This document shows positions 25,452 through 35,929 of a DNA stretch of 64,000 nucleotides, piece after piece. Below the pieces are notes generated by a model. It was not told the DNA's origin. It did no database searches and was given only the letters and a program-made list of their open reading frames with translations. Each line of letters opens with the position of its first letter. The first letter of the stretch is position 1. Position numbers and translations under genes: made by a program. Location: NCBI GenBank assembly GCA_015680685.1, contig MNCI01000399.1, positions 168,544-232,543 on the forward strand. Reading direction: 5' to 3'. The stretch comes from Gnetum montanum. Its lineage: Eukaryota; Plantae; Gnetophyta.

Positions 25452-28400
25452 TTACGGGTTCGTCGGCAGCCGTCAACAAGCGCAGTTGGGGCGCTCCAGC
25501 TCATGGAGGATATCCAGAGTGTTCCGATGATCTTCTGTGTCCACGAAACTGGCTGCCTGCTAGATGCTCTGCATGACCGACTCCTATCTACCCCTGTCCT
25601 CCTGCGAAGCTCCTGCATCTGGGTGGTACCACGCCGAGGTTCAACAGATGTGTTGTCTAAGTTCTGTCCAGGAGCTCTCACAATTGATGCCAAGAATAAG
25701 GTATGGACATCGCCCCTCCCGCAGCCATTGTCGGGCATTATGCCCGTGGGCGCGGTCAAGCTGTCTCTGCCGCTAGTCCTCCTCCTGGAGCCGCTCCTGC
25801 TCTGCCTGCTCACGTCGTCTCTGGGCCTCCTCTTCTTGAGTTAACTCTTCCCGTACCTGGGCCCTGATTTCGTCAATGAGGCGGGCCCTGGCAGCCTCAG
25901 CCATGAGCTCCTACTGTCTAACCGTTCCTGCTCGCGCTCAGTGACCTGGGCTTCAATGTCGGCCTAGGCCTGCGCAAGGGCTTCGTTCCATTTGGCCTCC
26001 CACTCTTTCCGTACTTCGTCCACCGCCCTTTGCGTGGCCTGTTGAAACTCCTCATTCCAGTTCCTCGAGCTAGACGTCTCCGGCGGGGGGGAAATCGGAC
26101 TATCAAGGCGTTCGGGGGAGCGCCTCTCCTGCGGGGTTCTCCGACCTCACGGAACAGAGGAACCCCAATGGGGCCAAACGCCCCTTGCCCAGGAACTGCC
26201 TCAGCCTGCGGCCTAGCCGAGGGGGAGCAATCCGAAGAAACCCCCCGCGGGGGGGCAAAGGACGAGGGGGGTTGGCCCCCCCCCCCCCCCCCTCGCCAAA
26301 GCGCCAGAATCAGACCAGAGTGGCGGCCGCGGTGCTTGAGCTTAAGGGTCTCCTTAAAGAAGCGAGGGAGGTTGACCTAGCTACCCATCCTGAGACAGCG
26401 CAGGAAGGCAAAGTGTAGGCCCTACAACTTGGAGGTGTTGCCAGACTGGACGAAGAAACGGTCAACCAGATCTGCTCCTCGGGCCCATAGGCACGGCAGG
26501 GAAGATCTGGGCACTTGTTGGCTCCTAGTTCGAGGAACAGGCCCATCAAAGAACATTTCCGCATCCTGGAGGCCGCGGGTGGAAGGCAAAATGATCTCTC
26601 CAGTGATCGGGGCCCCCAGACAGCTGGCAATCGAAGATTCTGTAATCCAGATTTCACGCCCGCGAAAGAAGGTACAATCGTTGACCCAATTGGAGAAAAA
26701 CATGTCGTCTACCAGATCTGGACCCCTGACCAACCGTTGTAGAGGGTCAGACCAGCCGCACTGGGCCACCATATGCCAAAGCGCCTCGTCCTCCTGGAAT
26801 GCAGCGCAGTCCGGCTCGAAAGTGAGCGTGACTCCCATCATCGCCTCGATTTCCTTCCACACGGTGAGAGCTTGGGAGACCAGCCGCTGCGGAGGGGGGC
26901 GCTGCTGCTGTCGGAAAACTGCGTTATTCCGTGCCTTCCACGCTACCATAAAAGTAGTGTGGCTTGGGAGTCACTCGTGAGGTGTCTCTGGGGGGGCATT
27001 GCTACCGCGTGCCACATGGCGCGCATGCAAGGGCACTCAGTCGCGAAGTGCTACGCTGTTTCAGCAGCAGCGCCACATGTAGGACACGTATCACTGTTTA
27101 GAATTCTGCGCCGTCGTAGCAGGGCCCGTACTGGCAACGCATCGTTCTGGAGAAGCCACAGGAAGATTTTTATTTTTTCGGGCAGCCGCCCCTACCAGAT
27201 CCGCAGCCAGCCAGGGGTACTTGGCCGTCGAAAGGGCCCATGGCTCGAGGGTCCCCCAACCCATGGTCTGCATTGCGCGCGCGTGCCGGCATAGCCCCTG
27301 CCAAGGCCTCGAATCCTGTGCCCCCGAATCCCATCGCAGATATTTGGCGTTCATGATGTGGATCCATGGGATCGGTTCTCCATGCGGGCACGAAAATCGG
27401 AGAAGTAACCGTTGTCCTATCATCAACTCGTCCTTGAATGACGTGATGCCCAAGCCACCCACACTTCGGGGGCGTGCCACCCTCTCCCAACGGACCAAAT
27501 GGATTTTGCGCCCCCCCTTGCCCCCCTCCCAAACAAAGCTACGGATCAGTGTGTTAACTGCATTGATGACCACATTTGGAGGGGTGGCCACGGCATCCAC
27601 GAAACGAGCGACTGTCGTGAGGATTCCAGTGGCCACCAGCAAGCGACCTTTGCGGCTAAGGAATCTATTCGCCCAATGGCTCATTCTTCTTTCGATTTTT
27701 TCAAGCAACGGGCCCCACGCCGTGGTCCGTCCCCATCTGAAGAGGGGGATGCCCAAATATGCGTCACTGTATGTTCCTGGTAGGATATTCAGGACTTGTA
27801 TCGCCCGATTTTTAACATGTTCATCCACATTAATAAAGTGGGCTGAGGATTTGGTTCGATTGATTTCCAGCCCCAATTCGGCCGCGAGGCAGGACAAAGC
27901 AACGTTGATGCACCGTGCCTACGGGACCGTCGCCCTACTGAGCAACATCGTATCATCCGCATAGTGTTCAGTCCGACATGCCACATCGGCAATGTTAAGA
28001 CCGTCCACCCCCGAAGTGTTGTAGTAGTGCTGCATTAAGTCCATGGCGATGATGAAGAGGGGCGAGAGTGGGTCCCCTTGTCTCAACCCCTCCGCCCCCC
28101 ACATCAAAGGAGAAACCGGCTGAGGACTGCATGTGAATGCAAAGTCGGATGAATTGCGGATCAAACCCCTTCCGTAACATAATGGACTGCAATGCCTCCC
28201 AGCTGAGCGTGTCGTAAGCCTTAGTGATGTCAAGCTTGAGGCAAAGTTCGGGAAAGCCCGCCTTCCAAAGTGAATGAATCACCTCTTGCAAGAGGAGGAT
28301 CTGGTCTTGGATGGCCTGCCCTTGCACGAACCCCGCCTGGTTGATCCCCACAAGCCTGGGCATGAGCGGTACAAGCCTATTCACCAACAGCTTAGAGAAG

Positions 28401-29931
28401 ATCCTGATGAGTACATTGCATACCCTGATGGGGCGGAAGTGTTCCAGGCGGTGTGCATTATACTGCTTCGAAATGCACACAATGCGGGAGCAGTTGAGTT
28501 CCTCCGAACCTATCTCCTAGCCATCATAAGATTGAACGCATCTAGAATATTGGGTCCCACAATATCTAGGAACGTTTTAAAAAATTCAAGGCTCCAGCCG
28601 TCAGGACCGAGTGCTTTTCCACCTGGCATGCTGTTGATCGTGGCCGTGAGCTCCTGCCAAGAGAAAGGGGCCAACAGCCGAACGTTGTCGTGCTCGCTCA
28701 ACACTCGCTGTACGGGAATCAAGATTGGCCTGGCGGGGCGCCTGGCCCAAATCCCGCCCCAGTATTGTGTCAGCTCATGCGTAGTTTGCTGTGGATCATC
28801 AGTAGTCTCTCTGTCTTGGTTGCGGAGACAACGTGGATGACAGCCCCCACGTGTTTTGGCCATAGCAAAGAAGAATTTGGTCTGCCTGTCCCCCTCCCTG
28901 ATCCATCAGATCCGGGAACGTTGTCGCCAGTATGTCTCCTCTTCCAGGTCAAGGGACTGAAGTTGACGCAGTGTGTGCTACTCCTCCGCATGCAAGTCCT
29001 CTCCTGCTTCCTGCCGAGCCTAGATCTGGCCAAGCTGATCGCAGAGCGTTCGCAAGCCTGTTCAAAAGGAGAACTTTGCATCCACAGGGAGGGCCCTGAT
29101 GGCCCACTTCAGCCGAAGTAAGGCACCCTTGAGGAAGTTCGGTGGGTCCCCCTGGTCGGGCCGGTAGTCTACCCAGATCTCCTCCACCAACGGCCTCAAC
29201 CACAGCTTGGCTAACCAAGTAGCTTCGAAACAGAAAGGTCGTGGGGCCCTGGGTTTATTCAGCCCGATCAAGCAGGTTAGCAAATGGTGATCTGAAGCCA
29301 CCCTTTCTTGCCCCGACACACGGATGGAGGAATGGAGCAGGAGATCAGTGCTAACGCACACCCGATCAATCCGGGTGAGGACACGGTTCGGGCCCTTCCT
29401 TTGATTACTCCACGTGAAACGGCAGTTCTCGATGGGCAGATCCACCAAGGAGAAGGTTGCCAGAAAGCTCTGGAATTCTGATGCCCCCTGCGGCAGGGGG
29501 GCAACCCCCCCGGACTTCTCTCAAGGGTGGAGGCGTTGGTTGAAGTCCCCCACCACGATCCACGATCGATGGTCGGGGACCAGCGCCGCCACCCGGGTCA
29601 ATTCGTGTAGCCACTCCCCCCAACTCTAAGCACTGTAAAAATTAGTTAGCCAGATCCCTTGCAAAGGGAGCTGGATAGTGATGGCCCACTACGAAGCATC
29701 CAGGAGATTCATGGCGTAGCGGGCCAGAATGGCGAGTCCACTGGCCCGACCCAAGCAGGGGTGCGCATGGGTGGTCCAGCCTTCCCATTGGAGAAAATGC
29801 GACTCCGTTGCCTGTAGCTTGGTCTCCTGGAGACAAACAATATCACAATCTTCATCCCGGACAATTCTGCACAGAGTATTTCTTTTGTAGGGGGTACCCT
29901 GTCCCCTGCAGTTCCAGCTGAACACCTTCAT
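25452..29931 (-). pseudogene. LINE ORF2p, about 1490 codons: APE endonuclease, RT, zf-RVT, Transposase_32/PMD-like domain, coiled coil, J-domain
   Basis: MKVFSWNCRG, CLQETK, GDFN, RIDR, SDH; FRPI, KLDITKAYD, LRQGDPLSPL, YADD; CPTCG...HF...C; WKARNNAVF continuing into the extension. Multiple stops and frameshifts. Confidence 0.88.
25512..25709 (-). pseudogene. J-domain (DnaJ, HPD at 25617-25625) at the C-terminus of LINE ORF2, copy C
   Basis: [63 protein letters not shown] keeps DnaJ spacing across helices I-IV, with a slightly longer post-HPD loop. Confidence 0.85.
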
Positions 29932-30323
29932 GTATGACCAAAGGTACAGCGTTGGTAGACCTCCCGCAGGGTCTATTGCTGCCCCAAGTCAATATCCCGT
30001 TGTGCCTGTTTGCTTCTGGATCTGGTCTCGGTCGGTCGGCCCGGGCGGCCCTCGCCAGCCCACACCACTGGGCTGCACCCGGCATCCTCGACGGCGGGCT
30101 CCTGTGCCTGGTGCCGTTGGGTTCGGGTGCTTCCCCGAACCATGTTAACCCATTCCCCCAGCGGGGGGAGCATAGGTCCCAGCTTTGTAGCGTTTGGCTG
30201 GGTTGTGGGCGATCAGGGGGGCCAAGTGGGGGTGGGTCCTAATTGGGGAAAGTTGGGCACCAGGGGGGAAGGGGGAGGGGGGCGGGGGAGCATGGGAGTT
30301 ATGGCCGATCTGGGACCGTGGGG

Positions 30324-31523
30324 TCAATGGGGGGGCTTCAGTGGGGTGGTGAGGTGACAGGGAGTTAGATTGGGGGGTCGGGGGGAGCGGGGCGAGTGTG
30401 GGGAGGCAAGGGGAGGTTTTGCTATTACGTGAGAGGGGCTTCGTGGGTGGGGGGAGCGAGGTAGAGGGGGGCGAGGTTGGGGAGCATGGGGGGGCTTACT
30501 TCGAACAGGGGGGTCAGACGGGGGGCGCAAGCATCCTTTGCGTCCCATGGTGACCCAGTTGCCCCCCTCGAACAACTGTTGTGCCGGGGCTCTCGGCCTC
30601 GCCTTGCAGAAGCGACAGTCTGCTTCACGATGCCCGGGTTTCCCACAACACCCGCACCCATCAGGCCTACTCGCTTGGTTGTCCGCGCCACGCGTCGGGG
30701 TGGGATCCACTCCAAGGTTCTTGAAAACAACCTGGAGGGTTTCCTCCCCCCCAAGGAGCTCCAACATGACCTCCCAGAGGAGGTCGGTCTCCGACAAACT
30801 GCGCCAGACGCAGAAACGTGCGAAGCCCATTCTCTCCATCGACCGCATGACGCAGTCGAAGGCGATGAAGTCACCGAAAAATCCTGCAACCTCCGTCAGG
30901 AACTCGAGGTTCCAGAGCTCCCATGGAATGTCAGCCACCCGCACCCAGACGGGGGCCCGGGTGAACAAGTCGGCTTCTCGATGGGCCCCAGGGCGCCACA
31001 GGGTCAAGGCGAGTCCCCGAGCCTCGTAGAACCACGGGCCACCGAGCAACACAGAGTCCCTAGCCTGTAGGGAGGGGAGGACAAAGAGGAGCAGGTCCTC
31101 GGACAGGCTTCGAACATCAACATCACCAACTTGCCATTGCTCCTTCGCCCACCGGCGGATAAGGTCCAGTCGCAGGCGGGACCCTCGGGAGATGAAGCGG
31201 CCAATGAGGCTCCTCTCCATTGTTCGGACGCCCTTAGACGGGAGGTGGTGGACCCACAGCCGCAAGGTGTGGTCGCTGCGGGAATGGGCCGCGATGGCGC
31301 CAGTCCCCAGCCCCTTGGGTCCATCCTCAGAGAAAGAGGCCACTGCGGTAGCTGCGCCCGTTCCCGCGTCAGCAACATTTGTAGTTTCTGCTGTTGTGGC
31401 CTCTGCAGTTTCTGCTGTGGTTGTTGTTGCTGTTGCTGCTGCTGCTCCCGCAGTTATTGCGGTGGTTGTTGTTGCTGCTGCTGTTGCGCCGGTTGCTATT
31501 GCGCCTACCTCCATATTTTTCAT
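30324..31523 (-). CDS. LINE ORF1p (Ala/Thr-rich N-terminus, DUF4283/RRM-like domain, CCHC knuckle, Pro-rich tail); probably originally ran on to 29928
   Basis: Motifs SLIGRF, VLLGGPWF, APVWVRVADIPWELWN, FARFCV and CGCCGKPGHREADC. Downstream reading ends ...EVYQRCTFGHT*, overlapping the ORF2 ATG. Confidence 0.88.
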   Translation of the reverse strand: MKNMEVGAIATGATAAATTTTAITAGAAAATATTTTAETAEATTAETTNVADAGTGAATAVASFSEDGPKGLGTGAIAAHSRSDHTLRLWVHHLPSKGVRTMERSLIGRFISRGSRLRLDLIRRWAKEQWQVGDVDVRSLSEDLLLFVLPSLQARDSVLLGGPWFYEARGLALTLWRPGAHREADLFTRAPVWVRVADIPWELWNLEFLTEVAGFFGDFIAFDCVMRSMERMGFARFCVWRSLSETDLLWEVMLELLGGEETLQVVFKNLGVDPTPTRGADNQASRPDGCGCCGKPGHREADCRFCKARPRAPAQQLFEGGNWVTMGRKGCLRPPSDPPVRSKPPHAPQPRPPLPRSPHPRSPSHVIAKPPLASPHSPRSPRPPNLTPCHLTTPLKPPH

Positions 31524-32491
31524 AACCCCTTCAAAGGTGTTGGGTCGAGAATTTGAATGAGTTGATGGAAATTACAGTTGAAGTTTAAGATTACATCAAA
31601 ACAACTTTTTTTTATTGATTGTAAGATGCTTGAATCAAGTTACAAATAACAATATGTTGCAGCTACTTCCGTTGAAAGAAAAACGAGAGCTACTATTGAT
31701 CAAGATTACTATTTTTTAGTTATGCCTCACCTAGGTTAATATTGCAGTGTGTTGCTCTGTCAGTTGTTTTAATGAAACCTACGGTGATGTTAGGGTTCTC
31801 CACGTCTCCTGAAATGGTTTTGACGTGATGCGGCATGTTTCCTTTGTCTCTGTTGCATGTCTAAAAACTAAGATTCCTTATTAGCTTGTAAAAAAAAATA
31901 TTAGAGTAAATTTCAAGAGATTGTTAAAATTCTTAAATTCCAAATTTCAGCTTCTCATTAAACATTGTTTGATCAGATAAAACCCAAAAATTGTTTAGCA
32001 AGTAAGTTAGGGAAGTGTCAAATAAAAATAAAAGAGATAGATACACGCGATACTTTAAATAAAAAGTAATTTAGGATAATAGAATAGAACTGGTGGACAA
32101 GGTGAAACAAAGTTCTTGAAAATATAGGTTATTGAAAGACGCTTTCAAGTGATGATGGCGTGTCTGGAGGTCTCTCCATTAGTGCAGTGAGTTTTATTGA
32201 TATATTAACATGTTCTTAACTTGAACGGCTCTAATGAAACTGATATAACCAAAGGTGGAATTCTTCATCCTTGACCATGTTCATCTTTCCATTGACAGTC
32301 TTTCTGTTTTTTATTTCCATTTTTATTCAAATGATTATATATAGGGTTAATATTGTTTTTCATTTTCTTCTCATTTTATTACTACTGTTACCTTAAAACA
32401 AAAGCTAAACATATCATACACTCAGTAGAGAGATTTTTTTGTATAGATTTTATAAAAAAAAAAAAAAAATTGGACTGGCTTTTTGCACCAG

Positions 32492-32604
32492 GGTGAAGAG
32501 GTGTTGGTGGCTGGTGATTTCAAAGGGAACTGGAATGAACTTATCAAAACAGTTCATGTAGGGGGTCAGAAGCACATGGCTGAGTTGCGACTACCACAGG
32601 GAAA
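32492..32604 (+). CDS. LSF1: LSF1 exon (CBM48)
   Basis: ccAG|GEEVLVAGDFKGNWNELIKTVHVGGQKHMAELRLPQG-AA|GTATTG; the phase-2 junction fits the next exon. Confidence 0.93.
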
Positions 32605-34107
32605 GTATTGCTCTATAAGCCTTATGCTTTTGCCGTCCACCTTTTATTGGATGGCCTATTATTCTGTTTAAAAAATTTGCTCAGAATATAATGCTGATTT
32701 TGTTTTCTATCTATATATTATTCATATGAAAAGGAAATAAAGTACCAACCCATCAGTGTGCAGAACAATCAACAGTCTCCATAGTTGTGTGTGATATTCT
32801 CTAGTGTCACTTAAACTACTTACGGATCTGACAAGGTGGTTGTGACTTAAAAGTTGGCCTCCTGGAAAGCAGATCAATTGATATACAGATCTATACAATG
32901 GAATTCATAGACCAGTTTAAATTCTATTTAAAGTTTTCTGTGTTATAAACTATTTGCAGTTTCAGTTTCAAAAGATATGAACAGAAGTCAAAAACTGCAG
33001 ACATAAGCCCAAAATATTTTACAGGGCTTGGGTTCTTTCTACCTTACGTCCTCCGGAAGTAAGGATGTGGCTCTGGAATTATAATTAGAGAATCAAAGTG
33101 CAATCCATCCTTGATAGTTAACATAGGCCATTCTCAGAAACGTGGCAATGTTGCATATAATGGGGAGCCAACAACAAAATTGAAAAGGATGATATTCACC
33201 ATTGCAATATTTTCCGAACTGGGATATACATGAGAGTGGTCTGTAACTATCTTTTTTAATAATGGAAACAATAACTATAATAATTTTATTAATTACTTAT
33301 AATAATAACTATGAGATTAAATATGAATAATAATAACTGTGCGTGGTCATGTAGACTAGTACAGCAAATTTCTAACATTTTCCCACTTGGTCAAAATGAC
33401 CACGCTTCATTTTTATTGGTAGACAAGCTCATAGATTATTATTATTATTAGATTGCAACATTTTACTTGTTGAATGTGACTCCGACACACAGGTCAAGGT
33501 GCTGTCTATGTCATCTCTTAACATAGGACCTAAGCATGGTCACAGTATAGGAAATCCCATTCTCATAGTCGTTATGGCATAATCATCTGTATGGATAAAT
33601 ATACTGTATTGACATCCTTTAATCTGTCGGTCCAAATCTTTGAATTGTACTTGAACTCTATATGAAATAAATTTATATGAGTAGAAAACCAACGGGAAAT
33701 TTGTTACTTTATGTCCACAAGTCTCCGTTGTAGGTGAAGAAAAGTTATAAGGCCTGTATGAATTATTTGGTATCAAAATGGACTTATGATCAACAACTTT
33801 ATGTTGATCTGATGTGGCATCATAGCAGGTTACAAATTATATTTCCCTAGTAGAAGTTGGAATCCAAGATTTTGTCAGTACAAAATGAGAAATTAAGGAA
33901 TTCTGACGGTTATGGGCTTGGCATCAATCATGTTGAATTGGTTTCAACATCTTTCCAATTAGTTATAGGATATGTTCTAGAAGCGTTAATGTATTAATGT
34001 TATGTTGTACATGGCAATATTTCATGCGTTATCAAAAATAATATTTTCTTAGTAGCAAGCCATTACATCTAATCTTTGAATGTAACATATGGCTTTCTTT
34101 TATGTAG

Positions 34108-34255
34108 ATACAATTACAAATTCATTGTTGGTGGTCAATGGCGGCACTCTACAAGTTTGCCTGTTGAAAGAGACCAGTGGGGAAATACAAATAATGTAAT
34201 TCAGATGGGCGATACTGCAAGTGTCAACCTGGATCGCCCTCATCCTCAAACGAGG
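34108..34255 (+). CDS. LSF1: LSF1 exon (CBM48 C-terminal half)
   Basis: tgtAG|A YNYKFIVGGQWRHSTSLPVERDQWGNTNNVIQMGDTASVNLDRPHPQTR|GTAAG; contains the CBM48 YxYKFIVxGxW motif. Confidence 0.95.
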
Positions 34256-35200
34256 GTAAGTTTGTACATTCTAGACAATTGTTATTTTCTATATTTTGGT
34301 GTGTCTCGTTACTTCTTTTTTTTTCCTTAATGTTTCATCAACGATTATTGATAGATCGTATCCCTAACATCTCAGAGTTTTGTGTAGCATGTAATTACCA
34401 ATTTTAAGATTCTGAAAATTTTTGTTCCTCGCAACCTGAAACCATATCGGTTTCAAGTCTCCTTTAGATTCATCTTCAGTGGTAAAGAATTTGATAGATG
34501 GAAGGAGTTACAGTTATATGTATCCACGTGTATGCAGCAAAAGTTGGACTGCGTCAAATTTTATTACAAAGTTCTTGCATACTTTTAAATCAGAAATAAT
34601 GATACCGTGAACTATTTAGCTGGTCAAAAGACTCCATACGATAGATGTACATCGTACCAAAGATACACAGGAAGATCAGTTGTTGGAACCTTCCATTCTC
34701 ACCATAAACTCAGATATCTCAAACAGCAGTTTCATTTTGCTTGTTTTGCACTAGGTCCTCTCACTTCTTTTGGAAATTTTCAATTAGCTACTAATGGAAA
34801 ACTGGGCTATTATAAGTGTTGTTGGAATTATTTTGATTCTGACTGTTTATATTTTTACATGCTTTTGTAGTTACGAGTGTGTTTATTTTCATGTTCGAAG
34901 TCCCTTGGTGGGAGGAACATTGAGGCTCTAGTTTAACGAAAGAAAAAGTCTTTGCTGTGTGCTTCTCTCTCTTTTTTGGGGTGTTTGTTTGTATTTGGAA
35001 AGTCCAGGCACCATGCCGAAACATGGAGACACTAATATACCAACTTTGTAGGAAGGGAGAATGCCGAGTTCTAGTATCTCAACCGAGAAAAATGTATAGT
35101 TGCTTTTTAAAACATTTTCAGGCGAATTCTCTTGTTTCATGCAACTATAAATGTTGCTTGGTTGCTTTAAATTTCATATTTAGGACTATGCATGTAACAA

Positions 35201-35798
35201 TGTTGCCCCAACGTTGTCCGGCCCCCCAAGGAATTCACAAAGATCCAATGGATCTGGGGCAGAAGACCTGGGGAATATGCCTCAAGCAAGCAAGCATCTC
35301 ACGAGTGAGTACAAGCAGAAGCACAGCTTCTTAACGTAATATGACAACACACCTCATGGAGGGTAACCAACTCCAAAATGAGGACCATGCAAACAAGCAC
35401 ACACACAACCTTGTAGACAACATCGGTGGGAGGGGAGACGATGCACCTACAAGGAAAGGTGCCTCACCCCCAGATCCCTCACGATCTGGTACAAGGTGTG
35501 GCCTGGCACCACACCAAAATAATCCAATCTTGGCTGCCTACATATCTATGACTGCTGTAGAATCAGGGCCACGTAGTTCTCCGTGGTGAAGGGGGGATGA
35601 AGAGAACTTAGAAGAGAGTTGCAACAGGAGGGTGTCCTGTTGCTAGCTTGGTACCACCATGCCAGGGTGGGTTTTCTACACTTGAGAGTCACCCAAGGGT
35701 GCCTCAAAGTGTTCCATGGCCCCCGAACCATGGGGGGAGCCCAAGAGAACCACCACTCTGGGACATCTCTCACAATGCAAGTCACTTTGCTAGTAACA
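35201..35798. mobile_element. Possible solo LTR in the last LSF1 intron
   Basis: A GC-richer block of about 600 bp bounded by TGTTGC...GTAACA. The flanking duplication is only imperfect (ACAA/ATAA). Confidence 0.35.
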
Positions 35799-35929
35799 AT
35801 AATGTAAATGCCATGACAGACATTTCGATTTTGTGGTCCAGAACTAGATTTTGAAGTTTTATTTTTAATGCTAAAACATTTTCCTCATTTTGAACGTTTT
35901 GTAATTTTGACATCACTATTATTTCGCAG

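Larger units (their letters stand above)
25141..31546 (-). mobile_element. Full-length (about 6.4 kb) L1-clade LINE copy C with 17-bp TSD, antisense in the LSF1 intron
   Basis: TSD GAGAATTTGAATAAGTT (25124-25140) / GAGAATTTGAATGAGTT (31547-31563), a poly(A) seen as a T-run at about 25139-25147, and ORF1 plus ORF2 in order. Confidence 0.95.

Noticed and set aside
25181-25844. ORFs 25181-25813(-) (210 aa) and 25233-25844(+) (203 aa) as a LINE ORF3 or antisense gene
   Set aside because: They are alternative-frame shadows. The frame conserved across copies is the stop-interrupted J-domain frame, and these ORFs are not preserved in copies A and B.
7421-31546. Premature TAG/TGA codons as a sign of U-to-C RNA editing or a recoded genetic code
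   Set aside because: The stops differ between copies, come with frameshifts, and are absent from the LSF1 exons. They are explained by neutral decay of methylated TEs.
27221-31560. Numerous plus-strand ORFs of 100-250 aa
   Set aside because: Antisense shadows of the GC-rich LINE ORF1 and ORF2, with no independent motifs.
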